From Zootoca vivipara (lineage: Eukaryota), in NCBI RefSeq assembly GCF_963506605.1, contig NC_083286.1:33976001-34040000 (forward strand): a stretch of DNA of 64,000 bases. Reading direction: 5' to 3'. A model generated the notes under the pieces. The model was not told the DNA's origin, did no database searches, and saw nothing but the letters and a program-made list of their open reading frames with translations. Shown one piece after another: positions 52,050 to 64,000 of the stretch. The position numbers and the translations under genes are program-made. The first letter of the stretch is position 1, and each line of letters begins with the position of its first letter.

Positions 52050-53830
52050 GACAGAGTATGGCAAACAAGCAAGCCCAATTTGAGCTCTTAATACAGAATG
52101 GCATCTAATAGGCATTACAGAAACCTGGTGGGATGAAACTCTTGACTGGAATGTCGAAATTGAGGGGTCCAACCTGCTGTAAAAGAATATATCAAACCCG
52201 AAGGGATGTGGATTACCATTATATGTAAATAATGTGTATACTTGTGATAAGATCCGTGACTTGGAACATGGAAGGCAGATTAAGAGTCTATGGGTAAAAA
52301 TATATGGACTTGCAAGCCAGACTGATGAAGATTTGGATGATGACTTACTAGAGCAGATTACCAATCATTCAAAAAGGAGAGAGATAATAGTTATGGGAGA
52401 CTTCAACTTCCCTGATATATGTTGGAACTCAAAATATGCCAAGAATATAAGGTCCAACAAATTCCTCACTTGCCTTGCTGACAGTTTCATCCTGTTCCTT
52501 CAGTGGCCAGGTGTATGCCTATGAGAAGCCTGAAAGCAGGACTTTAGTACAACACCATTCTTCTGTCCTGTGATTCCCAGCAATTGGTATTCAGAGGCAT
52601 ACTGCCTTCAATAGCAGAGGTACTTGCCATTGTGGCAAGTTGCTATTGTTAGCCACTAGGGAATACATATTCTGGGACAAGCTGTGGCTCCTAAGAGGAA
52701 TTTAGTCTGGTGGACATGCTAATGTCCCCATGATCAAAATGCTCAGAGTGGTCTTGAGATGAAGAATGAAATCCAAATCCAAATGAAGCATTGAAAAGAG
52801 AGAATGTAGTAATGGGTAACTTAAACCTCCCCCACATCTGTCATGTATATTACATGACAGAAAGGTAACATTTCCGGATACCCTAAATGCCTGTGTCCTA
52901 GAACAGTTGGTCATGGAACTGACTAGAGGGGCAGCAACCCTGAACTTAAGTGGTTTCCAGGACCCAGTATGATATGTAAGTGTTGTCAAGTCAGTTGGGA
53001 GCACTGGTCATAGTTCTATTAATTAAAACATACATGTAGATTGCCAATTTTAAAGAAAGCCCAGAACAGTCACATTTGATTTCAAAAGAGGATACTTCCC
53101 CAAAATGAGGACATTTGTAAAAAGGAAGCTGAAAGGCAAAGTCAAGTGGGCAAAATCACTCAAAAATGCTTGGGAGTTCTTTAAAAATGCAATGTTAGAC
53201 GCTCAGCTGGAGTGTATACTGCAGATCAGGAAAGGAAGCATGAGGGCCAAGAAAATACTGGCACTCTTAACAAGCAGAATCAAAGAAAATAAAGTATTAC
53301 TGGCAAGAAGGCTTCCTTCAAAAAATGGAAGTCTTGTCCAGATAAAGAGGATAAAATGCAACACTAACTTCAGCCAAAAATGTGCAAGCATATAGTAAAA
53401 GATACTAAAAAAAGAAAATGGGATTGGAGGAATACATTGCTAAAAAGCCTTAAGAGCAAGAAGTTCTTTAAATCAATTAACAACTATTGGAGACTATTAG
53501 GGAAGCAGTTTCACCCTTTGATGTCAAGCAAGTCAAAGATGTGTTAAAGGAGGATAAGTTTGCAGAGAAGCTGAATTCTTTGCATCTGTAGGGCAGATCC
53601 CAGTGCCTGAACTTTTGCAGGAAGGAAGGAACAAGAGATGAAGTTCTTGGCCTAATAGACAAAATAAAAATTGACAAATTGTCAGGTCTGAATGACATCA
53701 CCCATGTGTTCTGAAAGAAATCAAATGTGAAATTGCTGAGCAGCTATCGAAAACTGGTAACTTTCCCCATGTTTCCACCCCTGAGAACTGAAAAGTAGCC
53801 TATGAAACACCAATTTTTAAAAAGGCATAA
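52050..53830 (+). mobile_element. Decayed CR1 LINE ORF2 fragments (endonuclease to linker region; probably two pieces)
   Basis: GITETWWDE and IIVMGDFNFPDICW AP-endonuclease motifs; AWEFFKNAMLDAQ; stops and frameshifts. Confidence 0.82.
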
Positions 53831-55950
53831 GAAGGGGTATCTAGAAGGGTGTTCTCTGTGGTAGGCTCCAGACCCTGGAATGATCACCTGTTAAAGGTGC
53901 TGCTGTCTCTTACATTGTTGGGTTTGAGACTCCAGTTGAAAACATTTTTTTCCCATTCAAGCATTTGCAGTTTGACAGATAGAATGTATACTCTTAACAA
54001 CTTATGTACTTCTATTTTAATGGTTATCAATTTCTTGGTGTATATATGTTTTCAGGATTTCAAGGAAGTAGGATTTATAGATAGGGTGATTTATAGAGAA
54101 ATAAGTAATCAGTACTGCCTTCTTGTAGTTTATACTTCAAGCATAAAAATACTGTGGTATCAGATTTGCTAATGTTAATGTAGAAACTGCAGCAGCTTAA
54201 GTTGCTGTATTTACCAATAGAATAATGGAAGGAAGCTATTCCTTGCTTAGTTACATATTGTAGAAACAAGAATGCTGTTGAAAAGTTGCACTGCTAAACA
54301 GGAGTTTTAAAGTTCAAATATGCTGCTTGGATAGACAAGGGTGATGCCTTCTATCTTTTCTGCAGAATTTTCATATAGCATTAGGATAGTTAACAAAACA
54401 AGGAGTTCCTGTAATGTGTTTCCTGTTATGAACTGGTTTTTTGGAAATGCTCTAGTCATCTGATAGTGCTTGCACAGCTACTTTTATTTCCATGTTAGCA
54501 TTAGAATTTGTTTACTTAGTTGATAAAGAGAATAGTCAAATTTAATACAAACATTTGTTTTATTTTATAGCCTTGGACTTAAAGAATTGCTAATGGATTC
54601 TTGTTCATTAACACTAACAGTTTGAACAGGGTTCCTTATAGCATACGGTCATGTACTACACATGCTCCCCAAAGCTCATATGGGGAACATTGGGCTCTAC
54701 ACCTTCACAAAAGACAAATAGCTTCATGTTTGCAGCATCCTGCCTTGCATTGCATTTTCTGAATTTGTTGTGTGATAAAGTGTTGAATCAAGAACACAAG
54801 TATTATTGGGTGACATACCGTATCATTTAGAACCTTAACAGAGTAATTTGGGGGATGGCTTACAATGGAAAGAGCAAACAAAAATATAAAGCTGAATTCT
54901 TTTCTCAGTTTTTATTATGAAATTACTTTGTGGCAATCTTAACTGATTCATTGTAATCTAGATACTGTATATTACAAAAGCTTTCTTAACAGTTTTTCAT
55001 TTTTAAATGTTAGTTAAAAGCCTTAGTCAGAAACAAACTATGGTTTAATATGAATAAGCAGCATGCTTCTGTACACAGCTCAAAGTTCTCGCTGTGCTCT
55101 TCCCACACTCCTGCTTATGCACCACCAGGAAGTAAACTGGAGTCAACCTTGTCATGATGTCTAAACCTGGGCTTTGGTTTGTTTCTCTCCAAACTATAAG
55201 TGATAACCAAAGTTTGTTTTGTTTACTGTTCATGGTTGATTTGGGGAGAAACAAACCACAAGCCTTAGGTCAGATGTCACAACAAGCCACACACAGGCTT
55301 GTTTCCTGGTGGTGTATCAACAGAAGGAGTGAGGAAGGAGCAGAGCAGCAATTTTTCAGCAGCGCGCATAGGCATGTTTCACGTTCGCATTATATCATTG
55401 TTAGTTTTTAACAATGGTTTGATGTGGTGGTTTAATGCCATCAGTCACTATTGTCAGAAGGTACATTTATCTAATTTGGAGCAGGGAAGAACAACACCAT
55501 GGCCCCCTTTTTACTCTTGGTTTACCATGTTGAACAAGACAGTAATTGCATACTTAAAAAGGAAAGAGCCCTTCTTGAAGCATTTTAGAATGGGCCAAAC
55601 CTCTGTTGGAAGTAATAAGTATGCAAAATATTAGAACTGAAGCAATTATTTTTTGCTGCTTCGTCTTTTAGTGTAAGAGAAGGCTAGTAGAAGGTGTGGA
55701 CTACGCAAGTGATGTAATCCCCATATGAGGGTGCTGTTTGTGGTCCCTACTATTGTTGCTCCACATTTCTAAATAAACCACATTATATTAATAGTCCTAC
55801 TGTGCTTTAGTTCCAGATACTTTGTTTCACAGAGTTTGCTTCTAGTGCTTGTGCAACTGGTTGTGGAGCGGCGCTAATGAGTGAACTTCTTCCGTTATTA
55901 ATTCTATTATTCATAACTTCAACTAAGCCATTTAATTTTTTTAATCATAG

Positions 55951-56042
55951 GGGGAAAGGAACAATGGCTTTGATGTCCTCTATCATAATATGAAACATGG
56001 ACATGTATCTACAAAAGAACTAGCAGATTTCATAAGAGAAAG
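55951..56042 (+). CDS. FCHO2: FCHO2 exon 2 (F-BAR), [31 protein letters not shown]
   Basis: TAG|...|GTATGT; 92 nt; FCH motif. Confidence 0.96.
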
Positions 56043-57745
56043 GTATGTGTGTTTATTAGCTAATTATTCTGGCATACTTATTTACTTATTTTATTTAGAA
56101 AGACATCTTTCTAAATACTAGTCAACTACTGTATTACAGTTTAATGGTTTTATGTCATAGTTCTATGCATGTCAACTTAGACGTAAGCCCCACTGAATTT
56201 AGTGAGACTTAATTTCCAGGTCTGTGTGCATTGGACTGTGGCCCTAATAAATCAATATAGCTTTGGGAACCTCCAGTCTGTGCGCCATTATTGCCTCCAC
56301 CACCTGGAGAGCTCCTGAACCTTTCTCAGTGTACTGACACTCATCCAGCCTACATTGGTTCAGAACAGTCATAGCATACTGAGGACATCAGAACTCAATC
56401 TCCTAGTCACTTGTTTCTAAAACATGCACTACTGGTTGCTAAACTGGTTTGTGCTTGCTGTTGGAAATGCAAGGAGGCCCTTCAAAACAAGAAATAATGG
56501 GAGATGGTTTGGTACTCTTTATTTAGTCTGATTGACAACATTCTGTAAATCTTAAAATGCATTCAAATTTGTTAATGAAATACAGAATTTTGTCAGTGGG
56601 TTATGACCATTTAGAATGGTGAAACTCCATATAGTGGCTAATAGTCTACCTGTTGTAAAGATCTTATAGAAATGTTTTTAATATAAAGTGGATGATTTAA
56701 TTTGTTTATGTTTTGATACTTGTATCAGATTTAATTTATTAATATTAAAGAAAAAAGAACACTGAAAGTTTTGTCTTTCTGAGAACACTACCGTACATAA
56801 TCAAAACTTTCTCTTCTAGAATTATGCATGTCTAATTTTTGATCCAAGAAATTAGGCATTTACACTAGGAAATGCAAATTCTGCATTCTAGTCATGAAAA
56901 TTAGTGTTCATATTAGTGAGTTAATACAAATGTTCCCTCCCTTCAACAGAGGCAGAACCTTGGATCCCACCTAAGTTGATTTTGCAGCAATACATTGTCC
57001 TTACATAGCTTATTTTTCACATGCTATTTGGGTTTACAGCAAGTGTAATTATAGACTAGTGTGCAAAGTGGGAAAATGAGCTATTTGAAAAACATCTGTT
57101 TGTAGTTTAAAATATGAATTTGATACAATCAGTTTGAAAATTAAACAGAATTCGGTATAGAGCAGTATTATAAAAAAAGGGAAACAATGTATTTCTGTGG
57201 TGATAGTTAAATGTTGTAGAGAGATATTTGTAGAAGTATGAACCAGTTTCCAGTAAGCAGACAGAGGAATTAAAAAAGCAGAAGCTTGAAGTGTACTAAG
57301 GGACTTGAGTATTTTAATGGAACGTGGGGGGGAAATACTTTTAATAAATAAAGCTGCAAAGTTTTAAATAGGATTAGCTGTGCATTGTTCATACCCTTGA
57401 TCCTCTGTCTCATAGTTTAGTTCATTGTCATCAGTTTCTTTAAAATATTCTAATTTGTAACTCTTAAGAGTACGAAATCTCTTTTGATGGTTACTTAAAG
57501 ACCTATACTGTTGCAAGCCCTTTGGTCTTGTGTTGGAATGTTTTTATTTATTTATTATTTAAAATCATTTATAAATTTCCTTATATTAAAAAAGAAATCT
57601 CAGGCAGAAATATTATCTGGTGTTGTGTGTTTGCCCTTTGGCTGCTAACACAAAACTTGATGTAAACTGTAATTTGAGTCACAAGCTTTGCTCTCAGTAG
57701 TACAGTCAAAGATATATTACAGCCATATCACTTTACCCCTCATGT

Positions 57746-58123
57746 GGAAGAGATGTGGTGGCGCTGTGGTCTAAAACCACTGAGCCTCTTGGGCTTGCTA
57801 ATCATAAGGTTGGCAGTTCAAATCTGCGCAGTGGGGTCTGCTCCCATTGCTCTGTCCCAGCTCCTGCCAACCTAGCAGTTCAAAAGCATACCAGCACAAG
57901 TAGATAAATTGGTACCGCTGCAGCAGGATGGTAAATGGCATTTCTGTGCGCTCTGGCTTCCATCACAGTGTCCTGTTGCATCATAAGCGGTTTAGTCATG
58001 CTGGCCACATGACCTGGAAAGGCTGTCTGCAGACATACGCCAGTTCCCTCAGCCTGAAAGCAGAGATGAGTGCTGTACCCCATAGTCAAATTCAGCTGGA
58101 CTTAACTTCCAGTGATCCTTCAC
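57746..58123 (+). mobile_element. Sauria SINE (older copy)
   Basis: GGTGGCGCTGTGG head; 15-bp TSD CTTTACCCCTCATGT at 57731-57745 and 58124-58138. Confidence 0.9.
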
Positions 58124-58186
58124 CTTTACCCCTCATGTAAGACACTTTCTGCTGTGCTCTAAAATTAAAGGAGATTTAAAAGCCTA

Positions 58187-58534
58187 GGTGGCGCTGTGGG
58201 TTAAACCACAGAGCCTAGGGCTTGCTGATCAGAAGGTCAGCGGTTCGAATCCCTGTGACGGGGTGAGCTCCCATTGCTCGGTCCCAGCTCCTGCCAACCT
58301 AGCAGTTCGAAAGCACGTCAAAATGCAAGTAGATAAATAGGTACCGCTACAGCGGGAAGGTAAACGGCGTTTCCGTGTGCTGCTCTGGTTCGCCAGAAGT
58401 GGCTTTGTCATGCCGGCCACATGACCTGGAAGCTATACGCCGGCTCCCTCGGCCAATAATGCGAGATGAGCGCGCAACCTCAGAGTCGGTCACGACTGGA
58501 CCTAATGGTCAGGGGTCCCTTTACCTTTACCTTT
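58187..58534 (+). mobile_element. Sauria SINE (younger copy)
   Basis: GGTGGCGCTGTGGGTTAAACC head, GGTTCGAATCC B box, (ACCTTT)n tail. Confidence 0.93.
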
Positions 58535-58867
58535 AAGGTTCTGGCAGGGACCTAATGCCCTCCTATCTCCTTCCCAAAGCTGGGAAAGCCCTAACTAGGC
58601 TTTGGAAAGGGGGTAGGAGGTCTCTAGCACCCTGTCAGAGCCCTCACACTTTCTTCCCAAAGCCCAGCACCCCACTTACCTGGCTTTGGGAAGGCAGCAT
58701 GAGGATTGTGAAGGGTAGGGGCATCAAGTGCTGCTGATGGCCATGTGTTGGACCACCCTGGTCAATATAGAGGGGTTCAAACCATTATACTCAAAGAGGG
58801 TCTCTTGCTTCTTCCATTGGCACAGGTGCATTTGGGTCCAAAACACAGAAATCAGCCATATTCTTTC

Positions 58868-58868
58868 T

Positions 58869-58944
<76 letters not shown>
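58868..58944. repeat. Compound microsatellite (TCTG)n(TC)n(TG)n
   Basis: Direct. Confidence 0.97.
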
Positions 58945-59054
58945 TTACAATCAGCCTACATGCTGTCCCTGGATCCCCTTCTTCTTCCTTGTTGCCTCTA
59001 ACAGACTGAAAAGGATTTACTTCAGCCTACATTATCCTTCCAAACTCAAGCTAC

Positions 59055-59168
59055 CAGCATGAGTTTGAGCAAACTGCGGGAGGCAGTGGAAGACAGGAGT
59101 GCCTGGCGTGCTCTGGTCCATGGGGTCGAAGAGTCAGACACAACTAAACAACAACAACAACAACAACA
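59055..59168 (+). mobile_element. RTE-BovB extreme 3' fragment with (CAA)n tail
   Basis: Reverse complement of the tail of the 5807-6207 element. Confidence 0.88.
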
Positions 59169-59222
59169 TCCAAACTGAAATCCTTAACCCCTTTTATCTC
59201 TGCCCACTAACATACACTGGAG

Positions 59223-59636
59223 CAGTGTTTCTCAACCTTTTTTGGGCCACGGCACACTTGTTCCGTGAAAAAAATCACGCGGCACACCACCATTAAAAAA
59301 GTTAAAAAATTTAACTCTGTGCCGCTCTATATTGACTATAATTATGACTGTAAGAAACACTTGCCAATTGCTGTGTTGGTTGCAATCTCCTGTAATAAGG
59401 CTTCACAACCCGTTCGGCGGGTCAGCGCTGTGTATTGGCGGCCGCCAGGCTCGTTTGCACTGAGCTTTGGGAAAGAGGAGGAGAAATATTGCTTTCCGGC
59501 GGGTCAGTGTTGATTATTGGCGGCCGCCAGGCACGTGACAATGCAAATCGCCCTTCTCGCCGCCGCATGTCGCGGCACACCAGCCAGCGTCTCGCGGCAC
59601 ACTAGTGTGCCGCGGAACAGCGGTTGAGAAACGCTG
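59223..59636 (+). mobile_element. hAT-type non-autonomous transposon, same termini as 46424-47061
   Basis: Same TIRs; 8-bp TSD CACTGGAG at 59215-59222 and 59637-59644. Confidence 0.93.
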
Positions 59637-59950
59637 CACTGGAGGAGGGGCTCCATCCCCCTTGATAGCAGGCATTGAAAATGTCCTGATGGCTCATTTT
59701 TTGATAAGTCACCACCCGTCTTTGTCCCCCTAATGACCCACACTCAGCTATTCTTCTACCTACTGCTTTATGTGACTCTTAGGGGGGAAAGCACACCTTA
59801 GCAGATTGAGTTAAAACACCTGATTTTAGGCTAGCTTTAGGCTAACTTAGGTAGTGGTTTGTTAACAAACAGTGCATTTGTTCATGTGCTCGTAAGATTT
59901 GTATTTTGGTTTTGAACTGCTGATTGCTGATTGTCTTCTTCCGTTGATAG

Positions 59951-60025
59951 AGCTACAATAGAAGAGGCATATTCAAGATCAATGACAAAGCTAGCCAAAT
60001 CAGCAAGCAATTATTCACAGCTTGG
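59951..60025 (+). CDS. FCHO2: FCHO2 exon 3, [25 protein letters not shown]
   Basis: TAG|...|GTAAGT; 75 nt; phase 2-2. Confidence 0.96.
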
Positions 60026-61387
60026 GTAAGTTATGATGATTAAAAACAAAATAATTTTGTGCAGGTTCTTGGAGGCTGTTGGAGGAGCTTTTCTGCCTTT
60101 CTCTGTATAATATCATACTAATACTTAATTATATTACATAATTATATGGAATGTGTGTGGATGTATACAACACTTAAAACTGAGCTCTGTATGTGTGTGT
60201 ATATGGCTTTGGGAGCTTACTCATTTTTTCTTTCTTTGTGTGTGTTTTCTGAATTCTGAATAAAAACAAAAACCTGTGCATTTAAAGAAAATGCAAAATG
60301 CTTGTGTATTTTGCATGAATTTGCTGAAGCATGATATACTCTATGTATGGTAGAACTTGTGTAGTTATGTGTTGAATATGGGAATGAAAAGAATCTGTCC
60401 TACCTTACAAGGCAATAACAATAATTATAAGATAAAGTATGTAAAGTGGCTGCTAACTGCCGTATTAGCCAGGTAGCTGCCACATTCATTCAGTACTGTA
60501 GAAGGAAATATGTGGATGCAAACCTACTTCCTTTACTGAATTGAATTTGGGCAGCCCTTAGTAGCTTACACATTTAACCCATATGTGACTCTCTCTTTAG
60601 TGGAAATTTGACATTCAACTTCCTAGAGGAGTAATACTCTAATAAGTGCTCCACTTGAATGTTAAAAAACTTAAAACATTGATGAGTTCTTCATCTACAC
60701 ATTTGAAAATACAATTGAAAGTTATTCACAAAGCACCTCCCTGTAATGTCCCTGCCATTCCATTCTGCTATGCCCAAGGCCCCAACTACCTAACTAGAGC
60801 AGGAGTGTCCAAAGCCCTGGTGGAGCATCATATTTTGCCAAGAATGAGATTTAGAACTACCAGGCCTAAAATTATCTGCAGGAATATGACATAATTGGGA
60901 CTGAGGCACTGCTTGCCTCAGCTGTGCTTGTAAGCCTTTGAATAGGGATGAAAACATAAACATTCCTGTTCAGTCAGAGCTCCCACATCTAGAGTAAATT
61001 TCTGAATTGGCGAGCATTCCTATTCCTGTTCTTGTTATATTAAGTGAATTGTTTACTCCTACTAATTACTTTTTTGCTTCTAAACCAAGTAAATTTAAGT
61101 GAGTCATGAATATGCATTGAACAGTAATAAGCTGTGATGACATTTGTCAAACCTTGAAATTAACATGTAGCTAATGCAGGACGTAGAAATTCTTACTGGG
61201 TCACAGGGAATATATTTTTGTTGGGTCAACATAACATGATAACAGTATAAAAGTAAACAAAAGTAACTCTCTCACAAATATTCTTAGGAGTTGCAATTAA
61301 TAGAAAAAACCGTGGGTTTTTAAATTTATTTTTTGCTTTCAAGCTATTTCAGCACTAAAACACCCATTTTCTCTCTCTTATTTGTAG

Positions 61388-61529
61388 GACATTTGCACCA
61401 GTCTGGGATGTTTTTAAGTCATCATCAGAAAAATTAGCAAGCTGTCACTTAGAACTTGTTCGGAAGTTGCAAGAGCTAATAAAAGAAGTGCAGAAGTATG
61501 GAGATGAACAACTAAAAGCTCATAAAAAG
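61388..61529 (+). CDS. FCHO2: FCHO2 exon 4, [47 protein letters not shown]
   Basis: TAG|...|GTTGTG; 142 nt. Confidence 0.96.
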
Positions 61530-61617
61530 GTTGTGTATAGTCATTTTAATGCATTTTAATAACTTCAGATGACAATATTAAATTGGTAGTGTTTAACACA
61601 CATGTCATATTTAACAG

Positions 61618-61770
61618 ACTAAAGAAGAAGTTTCAGGAACTTTGGAAGCAATGCAAAATATTCAGAATATTACTCAGGCCCTTCAAAAAGCAAAAGAAAA
61701 CTACAATTCAAAGTGTGTGGAACAGGAACGTTTGAAAAAGGAAGGTGCAACACAGAGAGAAATAGACAAG
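61618..61770 (+). CDS. FCHO2: FCHO2 exon 5, [51 protein letters not shown]
   Basis: CAG|...|GTAATG; 153 nt; follows an 88-nt intron. Confidence 0.96.
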
Positions 61771-62889
61771 GTAATGTTTTAAAGGTTTAGCTGCCTTTCT
61801 TTATAGTTTAATAGTCTAACTGCACAGATAGAAAACATCCATACGACATTGCTGCTTTTAGTGTTTTTCAGCATAAAAAATAAGGATAATCAAAGGATGT
61901 CTTCTGCGTAAAACAAACAATAGGATGTTATATAATAGTATAGAGTAAGGTTCTGTTTGCTTATTGAATTAGCTTGTGTCACAGGTGCAACATTTTGAGA
62001 TTCAGTGAGGCTGTAATCCTAACCACCTGATGTAGATGATGAGGATGGGCCAGGGAGTGGCATGGGCTCTTCTCTGCCAGCAGAGAGTAGTGTCACTGAG
62101 TTTTGCTGTGACAAATGCTTGAACACTGCCTGAGTGAGCAAAGTCTCCCACCAGTGGTAGCCGAAACAGGGTGTTCTGGTGGGATGCACTGGGATCTATG
62201 CTTGATCCTTTGGCTCCTTAACTTGCCAGCCCTGCAACTGGCCCAGCAAAAATACAAAAAGCTGCATCTTCCACCCTGACTGGCAGGAGCAGGCAACATT
62301 TTGGAACAGTGGAACCACCACAGCATCCAATCTTTGACCCCTGTTAGGATTGCCCTGCTCTGTTTTGTTCACTTGTTCAGTTATGTGTAACCCCTACTGA
62401 ATTTTCTGTGAGGAAAACACATTTTCCCCAAAGCACCTTCTATTAGGCTATGTAATATATCTCAGACTACTAAAAAAAGTTACCATCCATTTAGATGTCT
62501 AAAGGGATGTCTTAACATGGTCAGCATGCAGTAAACTCTGATGCCACAAGCAAGTATGATTACTTTCAGCTTGAAAAGTGTCGTGGCATTTGAATCCATA
62601 ATGTATTTGACTCCTCTGAACAATTCAGTTTTCCACTATTGAAGTGCAAAGGAGAGAATGATTATGGTAAATTCAACTTTGGGTCTAGTTGGAATTTTTC
62701 TTTAAAACAGGCATAGTGCTACACTGATACTGTGCAGTGTAACTGAGCCAATACACTTGATTTTTAATGAAAAATCGAATATGTGTAGTGAGATTCAGGA
62801 AAGATTAACACCATAGTTTTCACTACTTATTTATATATCATTAAAGAATGCTTTGAAAGAATTAGTAGAGAAAAGATAGTAAAATAGGA

Positions 62890-63065
62890 TCATAGAATTG
62901 TAGAATTGGAAACGGATCCCAATGGTCATCTAGTCCAACCCCCTGCAATGCCAGAATGTCAACTAGATCACACATGACAGATGGCTATCCAACCTCTGCT
63001 TAAAAACATCCAAGGAAGGAGAGTCCACCACCTCTGTTCCATTGTTGAACAGCTCTTACTGTCAT
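62890..63065 (-). mobile_element. CR1 LINE 3' end
   Basis: CATAGAATTGTAGAATTGGAA...GGTCATCTAGTCCAACCCC, reverse of a typical CR1 3' UTR/tail. Confidence 0.75.
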
Positions 63066-63283
63066 AGAACATCTTGTTCTATGTTTTCCCCTTCGAGTTT
63101 CAATAAACTCAGTTATTTTAAAATGTGCTAGAAATTACTAACAACTATGTTTTAACATTGCAAGGTGATATACCAACTTAATTGCATGTGGTATGTTGTT
63201 TGCATGAGCCCTCATGTGGTAAGAACTGGAAATTACTGTGAGGGAGCAAAACATGAAATAGTAAGTGAGCTAAATTGATTGTA

Positions 63284-63425
63284 NNNNNNNNNNNNNNNNN
63301 NNNNNNNNNNNNNNNNNNNNNNNNNNNNNNNNNNNNNNNNNNNNNNNNNNNNNNNNNNNNNNNNNNNNNNNNNNNNNNNNNNNNNNNNNNNNNNNNNNNN
63401 NNNNNNNNNNNNNNNNNNNNNNNNN
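63284..63425. other. Assembly gap (142 N) covering the FCHO2 exon 6 acceptor
   Basis: N run directly abutting coding sequence. Confidence 0.99.
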
Positions 63426-63517
63426 CCAAGAAGGCTACCGATACATATAAACTCTATGTTGAAAAATATGCTGCAGCAAAATCTGATTTTGAACAAAAAA
63501 TGACCGAAACCGCACAG
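63426..63517 (+). CDS. FCHO2: FCHO2 exon 6, partial (5' end in gap), [30 protein letters not shown]
   Basis: Open frame after the N run; GTAAAC donor at 63518. Confidence 0.93.
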
Positions 63518-64000
63518 GTAAACCTTCTTTTCTGTATCTGCAAGGCAAACACTATAATTTGCACAGTGTCTCTGCTCTTTTAACTTACAATTTTCCAAGG
63601 AGTCTGGAAAAAGAGAATACAGTCAGCAAATTAAATAAAAGTATTCCTAATCTGCACAGTTGGCTTTAAGTTCTGGGTTCAGAATTTGAACTTTTGTGTC
63701 AGGAAATACTTTTGAATAAGTTTTAAGTGCATGGGATAGAGAAACAACATTATACTGCCCCTGGCTAATTTCTTCTTACATAATGATTTGCTTCTTTCAC
63801 CTGGATAAAATTTCCTGTGGAATTTGTTGTGCTATTTGAATATTGCCATTTTAGTTTTGATATTAAACACTTAACTTTTGGTCCTAAAACTGTTGTTAAT
63901 AAATAGAGAAATAACATAAACATGAAAAATATGTGAAGTATGCTTGCCATTTAAGGCAAGCTGAGAACTTCCTTGGCAAAGAATGTCGTATTTGCAAAGC

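Noticed and set aside
58187-58262. tRNA-like A/B boxes (also at ~25501 and ~11080)
   Set aside because: Heads of tRNA-derived SINEs, not tRNA genes

Overview
Vertebrate genomic DNA, almost certainly from a lacertid lizard (Sauria SINE, Squam-type SINEs, BovB, CR1, L2 and many hAT and mariner MITEs). It holds two spliced + strand genes in the same order as in human. (1) The 3' three-quarters of TNPO1 (transportin-1): coding exons ~5-24 (numbering by analogy to human, from memory), stop at 23584-23586, a 3'-UTR intron, and a long last exon from 25944. One 76-nt coding exon is absent and probably lies in the N gap at 19369-19612. (2) The CpG-island promoter and exons 1-6 of FCHO2 (F-BAR domain); exon 6 is cut by a gap. 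Most long ORFs in the supplied track are spurious or transposon-derived. The most interesting non-coding observations are a minimal hammerhead-ribozyme motif in a Penelope-like insertion upstream of FCHO2, a tandem hairpin / G-quadruplex module at the start of the TNPO1 last exon, a U12-like donor beside the missing exon, a perfect 36-bp fold-back, and inverted MITE pairs within introns. I see no evidence for a wholly new gene system.
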